NCBI GenBank assembly: GCA_963713975.1
Contig: OY970218.1
Span: 2,800,189-2,864,188 of the forward strand
Reading direction: 5' to 3'
Length of the DNA: 64,000 nucleotides
Origin: an uncultured Chloroflexia bacterium
Lineage (GTDB): Bacteria; Chloroflexota; Limnocylindria; Limnocylindrales; CSP1-4
Within the stretch, counting starts at the first letter, position 1. Every line of letters starts with the position of its first letter. The notes under the pieces were generated by a model. The model did no database searches. It saw only the letters and a list, made by a program, of their open reading frames with translations, and was not told where the DNA came from. Below are positions 35,973 through 46,301 of this stretch, one piece after another. Made by a program: the position numbers and the translations under genes.

Positions 35973-36893
35973 GTGTCTGACCCGCGACCCATCGGCGTCT
36001 TCGATTCCGGCGTCGGCGGCCTCACCGTCCTGCGCGAGATCCTGCGCCGATCCCCGCATGAGTCCACCATCTACCTGGGCGACAACGCCCGCGCCCCGTA
36101 CGGGACCCGTTCCGACGACGAGGTGCGCCGGTTCTCGATGGAGGCGCTCGACGAGCTGGCCGGACGCGACGTCAAGGTGCTCGTGGTGGCCTGCAACACG
36201 TCGACGGCCGTGGCCCTCCGTGATCTTCGAGCCCGCTACGACCTGCCGGTGCTGGGAGTCCTGCGTCCGGGTGCCGCCGCGGCCGCCCTGGCTACGCGCA
36301 ACCGGCGTGTCGGCGTGATCGCCACACCCGCCACGGTCCGCTCGCACGCGTACTTCGACGCCATCAAGGACGAGAACCCGGCCGTCGAGGTCTACGAGCA
36401 CGCCACGCCTCGGTTCGTGCCACTGGTCGAGGCGGGAATCCTTGCCGGCGACGAGCTCGAGGCCATCGTCGAGGAGGACCTGGCGCCGCTGCTGGGCGAG
36501 CGCGACGGTGCCGGCGAGTTCGTGTTCCCGCGGCCGCCGTCGGCCAAGATCGACACGCTGCTCCTGGGCTGCACCCATTACCCACTGCTGCGGCCGATCC
36601 TCGCCCGGGTCGTGGGCGACCGGGTGGCGATCGTCGATTCGGCGACGGCGACCGCGGCGACGCTGGCGGAGCTGCTGTCGGTGAACGGCCTCGAGGCGCC
36701 GGGAACGACGCGTGGCACCGCGGCGGATCCCGGGGCGGCCGGGCACTCCCGCCCGGCCGAGCGCTACGACACCCCGCCCGTCCATGTCCAGATCACGACG
36801 GGCGACGTCGGGCGCTTCGCCGCCGTGGCGTCGCGGATGTTCGGGGATGCGTTTCCGGACGTGACGTCGGTGGAGCTGGGAATCGCCGGCTGA
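35973..36893 (+). CDS. murI: Glutamate racemase
   Basis: FDSGVGGLTV, VVACNTST (Cys1), GCTHYPLL (Cys2). Confidence 0.85.
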   Translation: MSDPRPIGVFDSGVGGLTVLREILRRSPHESTIYLGDNARAPYGTRSDDEVRRFSMEALDELAGRDVKVLVVACNTSTAVALRDLRARYDLPVLGVLRPGAAAAALATRNRRVGVIATPATVRSHAYFDAIKDENPAVEVYEHATPRFVPLVEAGILAGDELEAIVEEDLAPLLGERDGAGEFVFPRPPSAKIDTLLLGCTHYPLLRPILARVVGDRVAIVDSATATAATLAELLSVNGLEAPGTTRGTAADPGAAGHSRPAERYDTPPVHVQITTGDVGRFAAVASRMFGDAFPDVTSVELGIAG

Positions 36894-38131
36894 TGCCCCC
36901 GGGCGAACGTCCCGCGGACGCCGGCGCCAGGCGGGTCTCCGACGAGCGCCTGTGGCAGGCAGGGTTCCTGGTCGGTTCCGTGCTGGGTGCCGCGGTGACC
37001 ATCGCCGGACGCCGGATCGAGCGCGGTGCGCGCGAGGCGGGCCTGGTCGACTGGCGCCGGGTCGAGGAGATTGCCACGCGACGTCTGCAGCGTGCCCCTG
37101 GGGCGCTCACCGCGCAGGAGCTGCGGGCGACCGAGGTTGACTACGCGGCGACGATGGCGCGCGTCACGCCGGCACTCGCCAGGCACCTGGGCACGGATCT
37201 GCCCGGCGTCGTGGAGCGCGTGGACGTGGTGGACCGGGGTGCCTGGGTCCGAGCGAACACGTCGGCCTTCGCGGCGCTCGTCGGCAGGCTGGAGACCGGG
37301 CTCCTGGAGCAGATGCTGCCGCCGGGGAGTGGCGTGACCAAGGCCACGATGACCCTCGCCAACCGGTGGGTCACGACGCGCCAGCTGGGGCTCCTCCTGG
37401 GGTTCATGGGCCAGCGGGTGCTCGGTCAGTACGACCTGGCCCTGCTGTCCACTGAGACCACGCCGGGCCGCCTGCTGTTCGTCGAGGAGAACATCCGCAA
37501 CACGGCGCGCGTCATGGGGGTGCCGCTGGCGCCGTTCCGGACCTGGATCGCCCTGCACGAGACCACCCATGCCTTCGAGTTCGAGGCGCATCCATGGCTT
37601 CGGCCGTACCTGGCCGGGCACCTCGAGCGACAGATCGCGCTGTTCGGCGGTGACACCGGATCGCTGGGGCGGGAGACGGCCAAGGCCCTGGGGGCATCGC
37701 TCCGGGGCCGGGGCCGCGACGACGACCAGCACTGGCTGGAGCGCCTCATGTCCGATGAGCAACGGCGGCTGTTCCGCGAGACCCAGGCGGTGATGAGCCT
37801 CCTGGAGGGGTTCTGCGACCATGTCATGGACCAGGTCGGCAAGGACCTGGTCCCGGGCGTGGAACAGATCTCCGCCCGGTTCCACGGCCGCCGCGAGCAA
37901 CGCACCCCCTTCGAGCGGGCCATGATGCGGATCACCGGCATGGACCTCAAGATGGACCAGTACCGTAAGGGGGAGGCGTTCGTCGCCGGCATCGAGCGCC
38001 TCGCCGGGGCCGCCGCACTGCGACAGCTCTGGGCAGGCCCCGAGACGTTGCCGACGGCGGACGAGATCGAACGACCGGACGCTTGGGTCCGGCGGATGGG
38101 GCTCTCGCAGCCCGAAGGAGGCACCGCGTGA
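36893..38131 (+). CDS. Zinc-dependent metalloprotease-like protein (DUF2342-type, HEXXH)
   Basis: LHETTHAFEFEAHPW HEXXH motif in a roughly 410-aa actinobacterial-type conserved hypothetical. Confidence 0.5.
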   Translation: MPPGERPADAGARRVSDERLWQAGFLVGSVLGAAVTIAGRRIERGAREAGLVDWRRVEEIATRRLQRAPGALTAQELRATEVDYAATMARVTPALARHLGTDLPGVVERVDVVDRGAWVRANTSAFAALVGRLETGLLEQMLPPGSGVTKATMTLANRWVTTRQLGLLLGFMGQRVLGQYDLALLSTETTPGRLLFVEENIRNTARVMGVPLAPFRTWIALHETTHAFEFEAHPWLRPYLAGHLERQIALFGGDTGSLGRETAKALGASLRGRGRDDDQHWLERLMSDEQRRLFRETQAVMSLLEGFCDHVMDQVGKDLVPGVEQISARFHGRREQRTPFERAMMRITGMDLKMDQYRKGEAFVAGIERLAGAAALRQLWAGPETLPTADEIERPDAWVRRMGLSQPEGGTA

Positions 38132-39192
38132 CCCAGGGCCCCTCGCACATACCCGGACCGGGATCCGGCCCCGGCGGGGTGCCCGCGGCGATCGCGCTGA
38201 CGCCGATCCTGGCCGCCCGGTACCGGGCGCGGGATCTCGCGGCGATCCAGGCGGCGGCGCCCGGTGCCCGGATCGTGAGCATCGGCTTCGATGGACACCC
38301 GGACGGCCCGCTCGACGACGTGGAGGTCATGCTTCGCGGCCGCTTTCCTGCGGACCTGTTCGACCGGATCCTGGCCCGGGCGCCCGATCTGCGCTGGGTC
38401 CACTCCGCCACGGCGGGCGTGGAGCGGGTCCTGACCCCGTCCAGCCGCGCCCGCGGCCTGGTGATCACGAACGCGCGCGGCGTCTTCTCGCGGCCGATCG
38501 CGGAGTATGTGGTGCTGATGATGCTGGCGGTGTCGCGCCGGTTGCCGTCGCTCCTTGAGCTCCAGGCCGAGCGGACCTGGCAGCCGCTCGAGTCGCGCGA
38601 GCTGCGGGACGTCACCGTGGGGATCGTGGGCCTGGGGTCGATCGGGCGAGCGGTCGGTGCGCTGGCGACCGCGTTCGGGTGTCGCGTGATCGCCACGCGA
38701 CGGCGCCCCGAGGCGGGTTCCCATGGCCTGGACGGGCCCGGCGACGAGCCCTATCTCGGCTCCGTGATGCTGGATCGGGTCCTCGCTCCGGAACAGCTGC
38801 CGGAGCTCCTGGCCGAGAGCGACTTCGTCGTGCTGGCGGCACCGCTCACCGAGGACACGCACGGGTTGATCGGCGAGGAGGCCATCGGCTGGCTCAAGCC
38901 CGGGGCGTGGGTGATCAATGTCGCCCGCGGCGAGCTGATCGACGAGCGGGCGCTTGCCCGGGCGCTCGGGGACGGGCGACTCGGAGGCGCCGTCCTGGAC
39001 ACGTTCCGCGAGGAGCCCCTGCCGCCGACGTCGCCCCTGTACGACCTGCCGAACGTGATCCTGACGCCGCACACGTCGTGGTCGTCCACGCGGGTGCTGG
39101 ATCGTTCCGTGGACCTGTTCTGCGACAACCTCCGGCGCTACGCGGAGGGCCGGCCGCTGGTCAACGTCGTGGACCCGGACGCAGGGTACTGA
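38128..39192 (+). CDS. D-isomer-specific 2-hydroxyacid dehydrogenase, NAD-binding
   Basis: GIVGLGSIGRAVG Rossmann motif and catalytic R/E/H pattern. GTG start overlaps the upstream stop (GTGA) with a GAAGGAGG RBS. Confidence 0.7.
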   Translation: MTQGPSHIPGPGSGPGGVPAAIALTPILAARYRARDLAAIQAAAPGARIVSIGFDGHPDGPLDDVEVMLRGRFPADLFDRILARAPDLRWVHSATAGVERVLTPSSRARGLVITNARGVFSRPIAEYVVLMMLAVSRRLPSLLELQAERTWQPLESRELRDVTVGIVGLGSIGRAVGALATAFGCRVIATRRRPEAGSHGLDGPGDEPYLGSVMLDRVLAPEQLPELLAESDFVVLAAPLTEDTHGLIGEEAIGWLKPGAWVINVARGELIDERALARALGDGRLGGAVLDTFREEPLPPTSPLYDLPNVILTPHTSWSSTRVLDRSVDLFCDNLRRYAEGRPLVNVVDPDAGY

Positions 39193-39291
39193 GCCCGGGG
39201 GTCGGGGGCTCAGGGGCGCTCTCCACCAGCGTGGACGCCCGCCGAGGCCCCCGCCGTCCCACGAGGAGCCGCCCGCCGGTAGCATCAGGCC

Positions 39292-40395
39292 ATGCAGATT
39301 GCCATCGTCGGTCTCGCCGGATGCGGCAAGACAACCGTCTTCAACACCCTCACCCGCGGGCACGCCGAGACCGGCGGGTACGGCGGGCTCCAGCTCAACG
39401 TGGGGGTCGTCAAGGTGCCCGACGATCGCCTGGACAAGCTGGCCGCCGTCTTCGAGCCGAAGAGGATCGTCCACGCCGACGTGACCTATGTGGACCTGCC
39501 GGCCCCTCCGGCGTCCCGCGAGGGCCACGTGGGGACGGACGAGCTCCCCGCCGAGCATCTCGCCCGGCTGCGCGATGCCGACGCCATGATCCACGTCGTC
39601 CGGGCCTGGGACAGCGCCGCGCATCCCCACCTTTCGGGCTCCGTCGACCCGATGCGGGACCTCGAGAACCTGGATCTCGAGTTCATCCTCGCGGACCTGG
39701 CCATGATCGAACGGCGGCTGGAGCGGCTCCAGGGAAGCGGGCGGCACGGGACGCCGGCAGAGCGTGAGGCCAACGAGCACGAGGGGGCCATCCTCGCCCG
39801 TCTGCGGCCGGCGCTCGAGGCCGGTCGGCCGATCCGCGACGAGGCACTCGACCCGGACGAGGAGAAGGCCCTGCGGGGCTTCCGCTTCCTCACCCAGAAG
39901 CCCGTGCTCGTCCTGCTCAACGTCGGCGAGGGCGAGCTGGCCCAGGCACCCACGCTGATCGAGACGGTCCGCGCCGGCTACGACCACCGCCGCGCGATGG
40001 TGGACGCCCTGTCGGCCAGGATCGAGATGGAGCTTGGCGAGCTCGAACCCGACGAGGCGGCCGTGTTCATGGAGGAGCTCGGGCTGGCCGAATCCGCCCT
40101 GGACCGCGTGATCGGTCTCTCGTACCGGCTGGTCGGGCTCATCTCGTTCCTCACCGCGGGGCCGGATGAGGTCCGTGCATGGCCGATCCCGGAGGGATCG
40201 AATGCCGTGGATGCTGCGGGTGTCATCCACACGGACCTGGCGCGGGGCTTCATCAGGGCCGAGACGATCGCGTACGAGGAGCTCCTGGCCATGGGCTCCA
40301 TGGCGGAGGCCCGCAAGCACGGCAAGGTCCGCTCCGAGGGCAAGACGTACCAGGTGCGGGACGGCGACGTGATCGAGGTCCTGTTCAGCCGGTAG
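39292..40395 (+). CDS. ychF: Redox-regulated ATPase YchF (Obg-family)
   Basis: MQIAIVGLAGCGKTTVFN G1 motif and C-terminal TGS domain. Confidence 0.9.
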   Translation: MQIAIVGLAGCGKTTVFNTLTRGHAETGGYGGLQLNVGVVKVPDDRLDKLAAVFEPKRIVHADVTYVDLPAPPASREGHVGTDELPAEHLARLRDADAMIHVVRAWDSAAHPHLSGSVDPMRDLENLDLEFILADLAMIERRLERLQGSGRHGTPAEREANEHEGAILARLRPALEAGRPIRDEALDPDEEKALRGFRFLTQKPVLVLLNVGEGELAQAPTLIETVRAGYDHRRAMVDALSARIEMELGELEPDEAAVFMEELGLAESALDRVIGLSYRLVGLISFLTAGPDEVRAWPIPEGSNAVDAAGVIHTDLARGFIRAETIAYEELLAMGSMAEARKHGKVRSEGKTYQVRDGDVIEVLFSR

Positions 40396-40413
40396 GCATC
40401 ACCGGCGGCTCGG

Positions 40414-40758
40414 TCAGTTGGGGCGGCCCTCGTCGAGCTGGAGGTCCGCAAGGATCCCGGCGTAGTCGACGTCTTCGCCGCTGTCGTCGAGGTCCGCGAG
40501 GAAGTTCTCGTCCTCCTCTTTGGACACGTTGACGGCGGCCGTCAGCCGGTCATCGGAGACGGCGATGAAGCCGTAGTCCCGCTCCAGCTCCTCGGCGATC
40601 GCCTCCACGAGGGTGGCCTGGTCGAAGGTGTCCACAACGCGCCGCCGGATGGACTGGACGATGTCGAAGAAGTCCTCCGCGTCCATCTCCTCCTCGCGGG
40701 CGAGAAGGAGATCCGCGAAGACGTCATCATCGCCCTCGTGCAGCTCGTAGAAGTGCAT
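40414..40758 (-). CDS. Small highly acidic hypothetical protein
   Basis: 114 aa from ATG 40758. Asp/Glu-rich. The longer six-frame ORF upstream is probably non-coding. Confidence 0.35.
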   Translation of the reverse strand: MHFYELHEGDDDVFADLLLAREEEMDAEDFFDIVQSIRRRVVDTFDQATLVEAIAEELERDYGFIAVSDDRLTAAVNVSKEEDENFLADLDDSGEDVDYAGILADLQLDEGRPN

Positions 40759-40861
40759 GATTATGGACCTCGGTCGAAGGCGGCCGGGCAGTGCCGCCGG
40801 CGCTCGTTGTGCGTGGAGCGGTAAGTATAGACGGGCCCCTAGGGAGCCCGGCGGAGGACCG

Positions 40862-41776
40862 ATGAGCGAAGCACCGCAGGTGGTGGTCGTCGGCGCGGCG
40901 TGTCGTGATCTCGTGGATGACGACGAGCGCGGCTGGCGGCTCGGCGGTGGGGCATCGTATTCCGCTCTGGCGCTCGCCCGGCTGGGCCTCCGGGTGGGTG
41001 CGCTCGTCGTGGCCGACGAGCTCGCAGCGGGCTCGCGGGAGCTGAACACCATCCGCGACGCGGGGGTCGACGTCCGCGTGGTGCCGGGCAGCCGCGGCCC
41101 GATCTTCATCAACATCGAGACGCCGGACGGGCGCATCCAGCAGACACCGCAGGTATCCGACCTCGTGGACCCGGGGGCTCTTCCGCCCGCGTGGCGGGAC
41201 GCGGGGGCATGGATGTTCGCGCCGGTGGCCGCCGAGGTCCACGACGCATGGGCGGACGTGCCGCGCGCGGATGCGCTCGTCGGCCTTGGCTGGCAGGGCC
41301 TGCTCCGCGTGCTCCGGAGCGGCGCTCCCGTCCATCACCTGTCGCCGTCCCAGTCGCCGGTGGTCCGGAGGGCAGACCTGATCGGGGTGGGCAGCGACGA
41401 CGTGGATGCCGTGACGACCCCGGCGGATCTCGCCGGCCTGATGCACCCGGGCGCCACGCTGCTGTTCACGGATGGCGTGCACGGCGGCACGGCCTACAGG
41501 GTGGGCGATCGACCGGTCGACCTCGAACCGCGTCACTGGCACAGCATCCCGATCGAGAAGTACGTGGACCCGGTGGGTGCCGGCGACACGTTCCTCGCCG
41601 CCGTGTTCGCGGCGTGGGTCGATCCGGCCATCACGGCGGGATGGAGCGGCCCCGATCCGGACCTCCGCCTGGGCGCCGCCTGCGGCTCGCTGATCCTCGA
41701 GGGTCCCGGGGTATTCGGCGTGCCGTACCTCGCGGACGCCATGCGCAGGATGCACGGAGGCGACAACCCGGACTGA
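40862..41776 (+). CDS. PfkB-family carbohydrate/nucleoside kinase
   Basis: N-terminal VVVVGAACRDL and C-terminal DPVGAGDTF anion-hole motif. GGAGG RBS. Confidence 0.7.
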   Translation: MSEAPQVVVVGAACRDLVDDDERGWRLGGGASYSALALARLGLRVGALVVADELAAGSRELNTIRDAGVDVRVVPGSRGPIFINIETPDGRIQQTPQVSDLVDPGALPPAWRDAGAWMFAPVAAEVHDAWADVPRADALVGLGWQGLLRVLRSGAPVHHLSPSQSPVVRRADLIGVGSDDVDAVTTPADLAGLMHPGATLLFTDGVHGGTAYRVGDRPVDLEPRHWHSIPIEKYVDPVGAGDTFLAAVFAAWVDPAITAGWSGPDPDLRLGAACGSLILEGPGVFGVPYLADAMRRMHGGDNPD

Positions 41777-41785
41777 CCAGGGGCG

Positions 41786-43267
41786 TCAGGTGCCCGCGGG
41801 TGCCTCGCTGCGGCGGATCCGTGCCGCGAGCCTCGCGCCACGGCGCTGTAGATCGGCCTCCAGGCGTGGATGCGCCCGGCCGGCGAGACGCAGGCGCTCG
41901 AGCAGGCGCCAGGCCGTGCGGGTCGCTGCGAGGGCGCCACCTGGGTCGTGCAGGCGGTGCTCGCGCAGCTTCGCGACCTCGATCCAGGCGATGGCCCCGA
42001 GCCCGCCGCCACCGGCCGCCGCGGTCTGCCAGGCCTCGGCGGCCTCCGCCCATCGCCCGAGGCGCTTGAGCGTGCGAGCCCGTTCTGCCGCGAGCCGCTC
42101 GTCCGTCCAGCGGTCCGACGCGGTGTCCCATGCGGCCGTGGAGGGCGAGGGCCCCATCGAGCCGCCGCGTCCACCGGCGAGCTCGCCCCGCCACCCGGAG
42201 CGTGGTGCAACACCACCGAAGTGCGGCTGGACACGCGGCGACCACCAGGCGTTCCGTTCCTCGTGGGCGGCATCGCGAGCAACCGACGGGCGCACCGGCG
42301 AGCGCCCGAAGGGGTCCCGGATGGGTGGGGTCGAGGCAAGCGCGTCGTCCAGGCACTCGAGCGCCTCGTCGTGCCGCCGCTCCCGGGCATAGGCGCGGGC
42401 CAGGCCCGCCAGGTCACCCCGGGGCGCCTCGTGGCGCGTGGTCCGGTCCGTGTACCTGTGCTCGATGTGCCCCAGCAGGAGCCCCAGCGACCGGACGTCC
42501 TTCTCGTTGTGGATGACGACGCCCGCGAGGGGCTCGATGGGCCCGCCGCGGAGTACGTCCAGGTAGAGGGACGGGATCTCCCAGCCCTCGACGTCACCCA
42601 CGCGTGACACGCCGAGAAGGTCCTCCTCGACGGTCCGCAGGCGGGCGTTCTCCATGCGGTGCCTGAAGACGCGGCGCACGAACGGCAGCAGGTCCAGGTG
42701 GCCGGCGTGAGCGGGCGCGGGCCGGCCGGCGAGGCGGTAGCGGGCCTCGATCAGGGGCCAGTCGAACCCACGCCCGTTGTAGGTGACCAGCCATGTGTCC
42801 GGCGTCACCCAGCGGGCGATCTCCGCGAGCATGGCCGGCTCGTCCGCATGATCCGGGAGGAGGAGCTGGGTCTGGAGGAACGAGGATCCCTCCCAGCGGC
42901 CCATGCCGACCAGGAAGGCGAGGGTGCCGGCAGCCGTGGCGAGCCCCGTGGTCTCGGTGTCCAGGCAGACGAGGGGAGCGTCGGCGGGCGGGTGGCCGGG
43001 CAGGAGGGCAAGACGCACGCGGTCGACCGGGATGTCCACGGGTGGCACGACCCGCCGGACGAGCAGCGAGCCATCATCCACGGTGACATCGGCCCCGAGG
43101 GCCGCCGCCAGTCGCGCCGCGAGCGCCGGGCTGCGGCGCCCGGCGAACGGGGCCCGCGCCGGCTCCTGGTCCGGCCCCACCGGCGCCCCGCCGGCCCGCC
43201 CGAGCGTCGCACGCAGGTTCGCGAGCCGCCGCTCGCGCGTGACCGGCCCGACGGCCTCGACGGTCAT
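41786..43267 (-). CDS. MrfB/YprB-like DEDD 3'-5' exonuclease with C-terminal TPR-like region
   Basis: RNase-H-like exonuclease motifs (LVCLDTETTGL; YNGRGFDWP). Start overlaps the upstream helicase stop. C-terminal helical repeats. Confidence 0.6.
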   Translation of the reverse strand: MTVEAVGPVTRERRLANLRATLGRAGGAPVGPDQEPARAPFAGRRSPALAARLAAALGADVTVDDGSLLVRRVVPPVDIPVDRVRLALLPGHPPADAPLVCLDTETTGLATAAGTLAFLVGMGRWEGSSFLQTQLLLPDHADEPAMLAEIARWVTPDTWLVTYNGRGFDWPLIEARYRLAGRPAPAHAGHLDLLPFVRRVFRHRMENARLRTVEEDLLGVSRVGDVEGWEIPSLYLDVLRGGPIEPLAGVVIHNEKDVRSLGLLLGHIEHRYTDRTTRHEAPRGDLAGLARAYARERRHDEALECLDDALASTPPIRDPFGRSPVRPSVARDAAHEERNAWWSPRVQPHFGGVAPRSGWRGELAGGRGGSMGPSPSTAAWDTASDRWTDERLAAERARTLKRLGRWAEAAEAWQTAAAGGGGLGAIAWIEVAKLREHRLHDPGGALAATRTAWRLLERLRLAGRAHPRLEADLQRRGARLAARIRRSEAPAGT

Positions 43268-45636
43268 GCGACCGCCTCCCGCCGCACCAGCCCGGCACCC
43301 AGCGCGGCGAGGAGGCGGAGCGCGAGCGCCTTACCGTCCACCTCCGGCTCCAGGCGCGGTCCGGTGCAGGCCGGGCAGCCGGCCTCGCAGGGACAGGCGG
43401 CGATCAGGTCCACGGCCCCTGCCACCAGCTCGTCGTGCCGGTCGAACAACCGCTCGGACAGGCCCACGCCGCCCGGCATCGCCTCGTACAGGTAGATCGT
43501 GGGTGCCTCGTGGTGCGGGGACCGGACCTGGGCGACGAGGCCCAGGTCCCGGGGATCCACCATCAGCAGGACCGCGGCCACGGCCTGGATGGCCCGCCCG
43601 GCCCCGATCAGCGCCACGTCCAGCTCGTCCCGCCTCCAGCCGGCGGCGGCCGCGTCCGCCGTGAGCCAGTAGGCCGTGGTCTGCAGCTCGATCTCCGGCA
43701 GGTCGATGGGACCCCAGCCCACGTTCTCGTCCGTGACGAACTTGAGCTTCTTGTAGAGGGTCACGAGACTCGCGACCATGACCTCGCCGTGGACGCGCGT
43801 GCCGCCGGTTGCGGGGGCCGTCGCGAACACGTCGAGCGGCTTGAGGGTCACGGCGCGGTTGGCGTAGGTGTAGTGGTCCGCGTCGATCCGGTGGACATAG
43901 GCCTTGCGCTCGCCCCATTCGAGGCGGTCCACGTGGAACTGCGCCGACTCGTGCATGTAGATCGCGTGCTGGTGGACGAGGACCTGGGCGGAGAAGAGAT
44001 CCACCTCGCCGAGCACCCTGGGGCGGTCCGGCGTCGTGTCGATGATCACGACGTTCTCGGGGGCGGCGGAGCGCAGCGAGATCTCCGAGGCGGGGAAGTT
44101 CTCCGAGCTCCAGTACCAGCGTCCATCGTCGGCCTGCCGCACGTGGCCGCCTTCACCCAGGAAGGCGAGCAGGTCGTCCGCCGGTCCCGGCCCGAACCAC
44201 TCCCCGGGCTCGAACGGCAGCTCGAACGTTGCCGCGCGGATGTGGGCGAGCAGGACGTGGAGGTTGTCGGGGTCCAGCCGGGCTTCCTCGGGTCGCCCGC
44301 CGAGGACGAACTCCGGGTGATGGATGACGTATTGGTCCACGGGGGCCGGCGACGCGACCAGCACGGCGACGCTGACGTCGCCCCTGCGGCCGGCCCTGCC
44401 CATCTGCTGCCAAGTGGCGGCGATGGATCCCGGGTAGCCGGCAAGGACCGCCACGTCCAGCCGACCGATGTCCACGCCGAGCTCCAGTGCGTTCGTGCTG
44501 ACAACGCCCAGGACCTCGCCGTCCCGTAGCCCGCGCTCGATCGATCGTCGTTCCGTGGGCAGGTAGCCGCCCCGGTAGCCCCGGATCCGACTCCGGGGGC
44601 CAAGGTCCTGACGCAGCGTCTCGCGCAGGTTCGAGAGCATGATCTCGACCGCCACGCGGCTCTTCCCGAAGACCACGGTCTGGCGCCCGGCGCGGAGGAA
44701 CGGGATCGCCCACCGCTGGGCCAGCGTCAGGGCGGACCCGCGCGCCCCGGTGGCGCCGTCGATGATCGGGGGGTCCACCAGCAGCAGGTGCTTCTCGCCC
44801 GCCGGGGCCCCGTTGCGGTCGATGAGGCGGGCGGGCCGCCCGGTCAGCGTCTCGGCCAGCTCCGCCGGGTTCCCGATGGTGGCCGAGCAGCACACGATGA
44901 CGGGGTGCGAGCCGTAGTGCGCGCACAGCCGCAGCAGGCGCCGCAGCACGTTGGCGACGTGCGAGCCGAACACCCCGCGGTAGGTGTGGAGCTCGTCGAT
45001 GACGATCACGCGAACTTGCTCGAACAGTTGGAACCACTTGGTGTGGTGGGGGAGGATTGCCGAATGGAGCATGTCGGGGTTCGTGACGACGACCTGCCCG
45101 GCCTTGCGGATCGCCGAGCGGATGGGTGCCGGCGTGTCCCCGTCGTAGCAGGCCGAGGAGACCTGCAGCCCGGCATCCCGGACGAGTTCCCCGAACTCGG
45201 CGACCTGGTCCTGGCCCAGGGCCTTGGTGGGGAACAGGAACAGCGCTCGTGCCGAGGGGTCCTCCGCGAGCGCCTGGAGCACCGGCACGGTGTAGCAGAG
45301 CGACTTGCCGGATGCGGTCGGGGTGACCACGACGACGTCCTGCCCGTCGTGCACCGCCTCGATCGCGTCTGCCTGGTGGGTGTAAGGGCGCTCGATGCCG
45401 CGTCGTGCGAGGCCACCCCTGATTCTCGGGTCCAGCCACGCGGGCCACTCCCCATGCTCCGCGGCACGAGCCGCGCGCACCTCGTGATGGACGACGCCAC
45501 GGGCGAGTGACGGCTCCGAGAGCAGGTGCTCCAGCACGTCCCGGGTGCTGGCTGGGGCGTAGGTGCGCATCTGCCGTCTCCGGTCTGATATCGAACGGAT
45601 GATCGAATTGAACGCGAGTCTACGACAGGCTGGCAA
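43264..45636 (-). CDS. MrfA/YprA-like DExH-box helicase with C-terminal DUF1998 four-Cys domain
   Basis: Motif I TPTASGKSL, DEAH-like DELH, helicase C motifs, and the C-terminal ACPCEAGCPAC metal-binding cluster characteristic of DUF1998. Confidence 0.75.
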   Translation of the reverse strand: MPACRRLAFNSIIRSISDRRRQMRTYAPASTRDVLEHLLSEPSLARGVVHHEVRAARAAEHGEWPAWLDPRIRGGLARRGIERPYTHQADAIEAVHDGQDVVVVTPTASGKSLCYTVPVLQALAEDPSARALFLFPTKALGQDQVAEFGELVRDAGLQVSSACYDGDTPAPIRSAIRKAGQVVVTNPDMLHSAILPHHTKWFQLFEQVRVIVIDELHTYRGVFGSHVANVLRRLLRLCAHYGSHPVIVCCSATIGNPAELAETLTGRPARLIDRNGAPAGEKHLLLVDPPIIDGATGARGSALTLAQRWAIPFLRAGRQTVVFGKSRVAVEIMLSNLRETLRQDLGPRSRIRGYRGGYLPTERRSIERGLRDGEVLGVVSTNALELGVDIGRLDVAVLAGYPGSIAATWQQMGRAGRRGDVSVAVLVASPAPVDQYVIHHPEFVLGGRPEEARLDPDNLHVLLAHIRAATFELPFEPGEWFGPGPADDLLAFLGEGGHVRQADDGRWYWSSENFPASEISLRSAAPENVVIIDTTPDRPRVLGEVDLFSAQVLVHQHAIYMHESAQFHVDRLEWGERKAYVHRIDADHYTYANRAVTLKPLDVFATAPATGGTRVHGEVMVASLVTLYKKLKFVTDENVGWGPIDLPEIELQTTAYWLTADAAAAGWRRDELDVALIGAGRAIQAVAAVLLMVDPRDLGLVAQVRSPHHEAPTIYLYEAMPGGVGLSERLFDRHDELVAGAVDLIAACPCEAGCPACTGPRLEPEVDGKALALRLLAALGAGLVRREAVA

Positions 45637-45833
45637 CCGCGCGTGCCACCTTGGCTGTCACGGCCCACGCGGCGGTCCGCGTTGCGGCTCGCGAATCGCC
45701 GGACGGCGATCGAGTTGACAGCCGAATCGGGCGCAGCTACCCTCGGGTCATGGTTCGCTCCGCTCGACGCACCGGCACCGCACGCGTCGCGTCCGATGCC
45801 GCCGGTGCGCCGGCACTCGGACCCCAGGAAGCG

Positions 45834-46301
45834 ATGTCCGGCCAGTCTGCCGCGGGTGCGCTGGCGAACCTGTCGGACCTGCCCGTGGCGGGCCTGACGC
45901 GGCGCCGGATCGCGCTCCTGCTTGCCGCCCTCGTGGCGGCCTGGGTGATCGTGCTGTTCGCCCGCCAGGTGGGCGAGGCCAGCGAGGCGACGGCACGTGC
46001 CGACGCGATGCGCCTTGCGAACGTCCGGCTCGAGTCGGACGTCACGGCGCTCGAGGCGGAACTCGAGCTGATCCAGAAGCAGGCCTACATCTCGCAGGCC
46101 GCACGCGAGTACCGGCTGGGCTCGACGATGGAGATCCCGTTCGCGATCGAGGATGGCGCCGCCCCCCTCGGTGACGACGCTCCGGGATCCGCCGCGAGTC
46201 GTCTGGGCACGAGCGACGCCCCCTCCACGCCGCTCGACGCGTGGGCCAGGCTCCTGTTCGGCGAGCCCGTCAGGGCTCCGGGTGCGGTCGCCGGCGACTG
46301 A
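45834..46301 (+). CDS. Septum-formation-initiator (FtsB/DivIC-like) protein
   Basis: Single TM followed by a coiled coil and the ...AREYRLG... motif. Alternative upstream start at 45750. Confidence 0.5.
   Translation: MSGQSAAGALANLSDLPVAGLTRRRIALLLAALVAAWVIVLFARQVGEASEATARADAMRLANVRLESDVTALEAELELIQKQAYISQAAREYRLGSTMEIPFAIEDGAAPLGDDAPGSAASRLGTSDAPSTPLDAWARLLFGEPVRAPGAVAGD

Noticed and set aside
37426-40320. 964-aa minus-strand ORF
   Set aside because: Antisense to the metalloprotease, 2-hydroxyacid dehydrogenase and ychF genes, all with strong motifs on the plus strand.
43264-45636. DISARM DrmA
   Set aside because: DUF1998 helicase present, but no DrmB, DrmC or methyltransferase adjacent. 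The partner is an exonuclease, fitting MrfAB instead.
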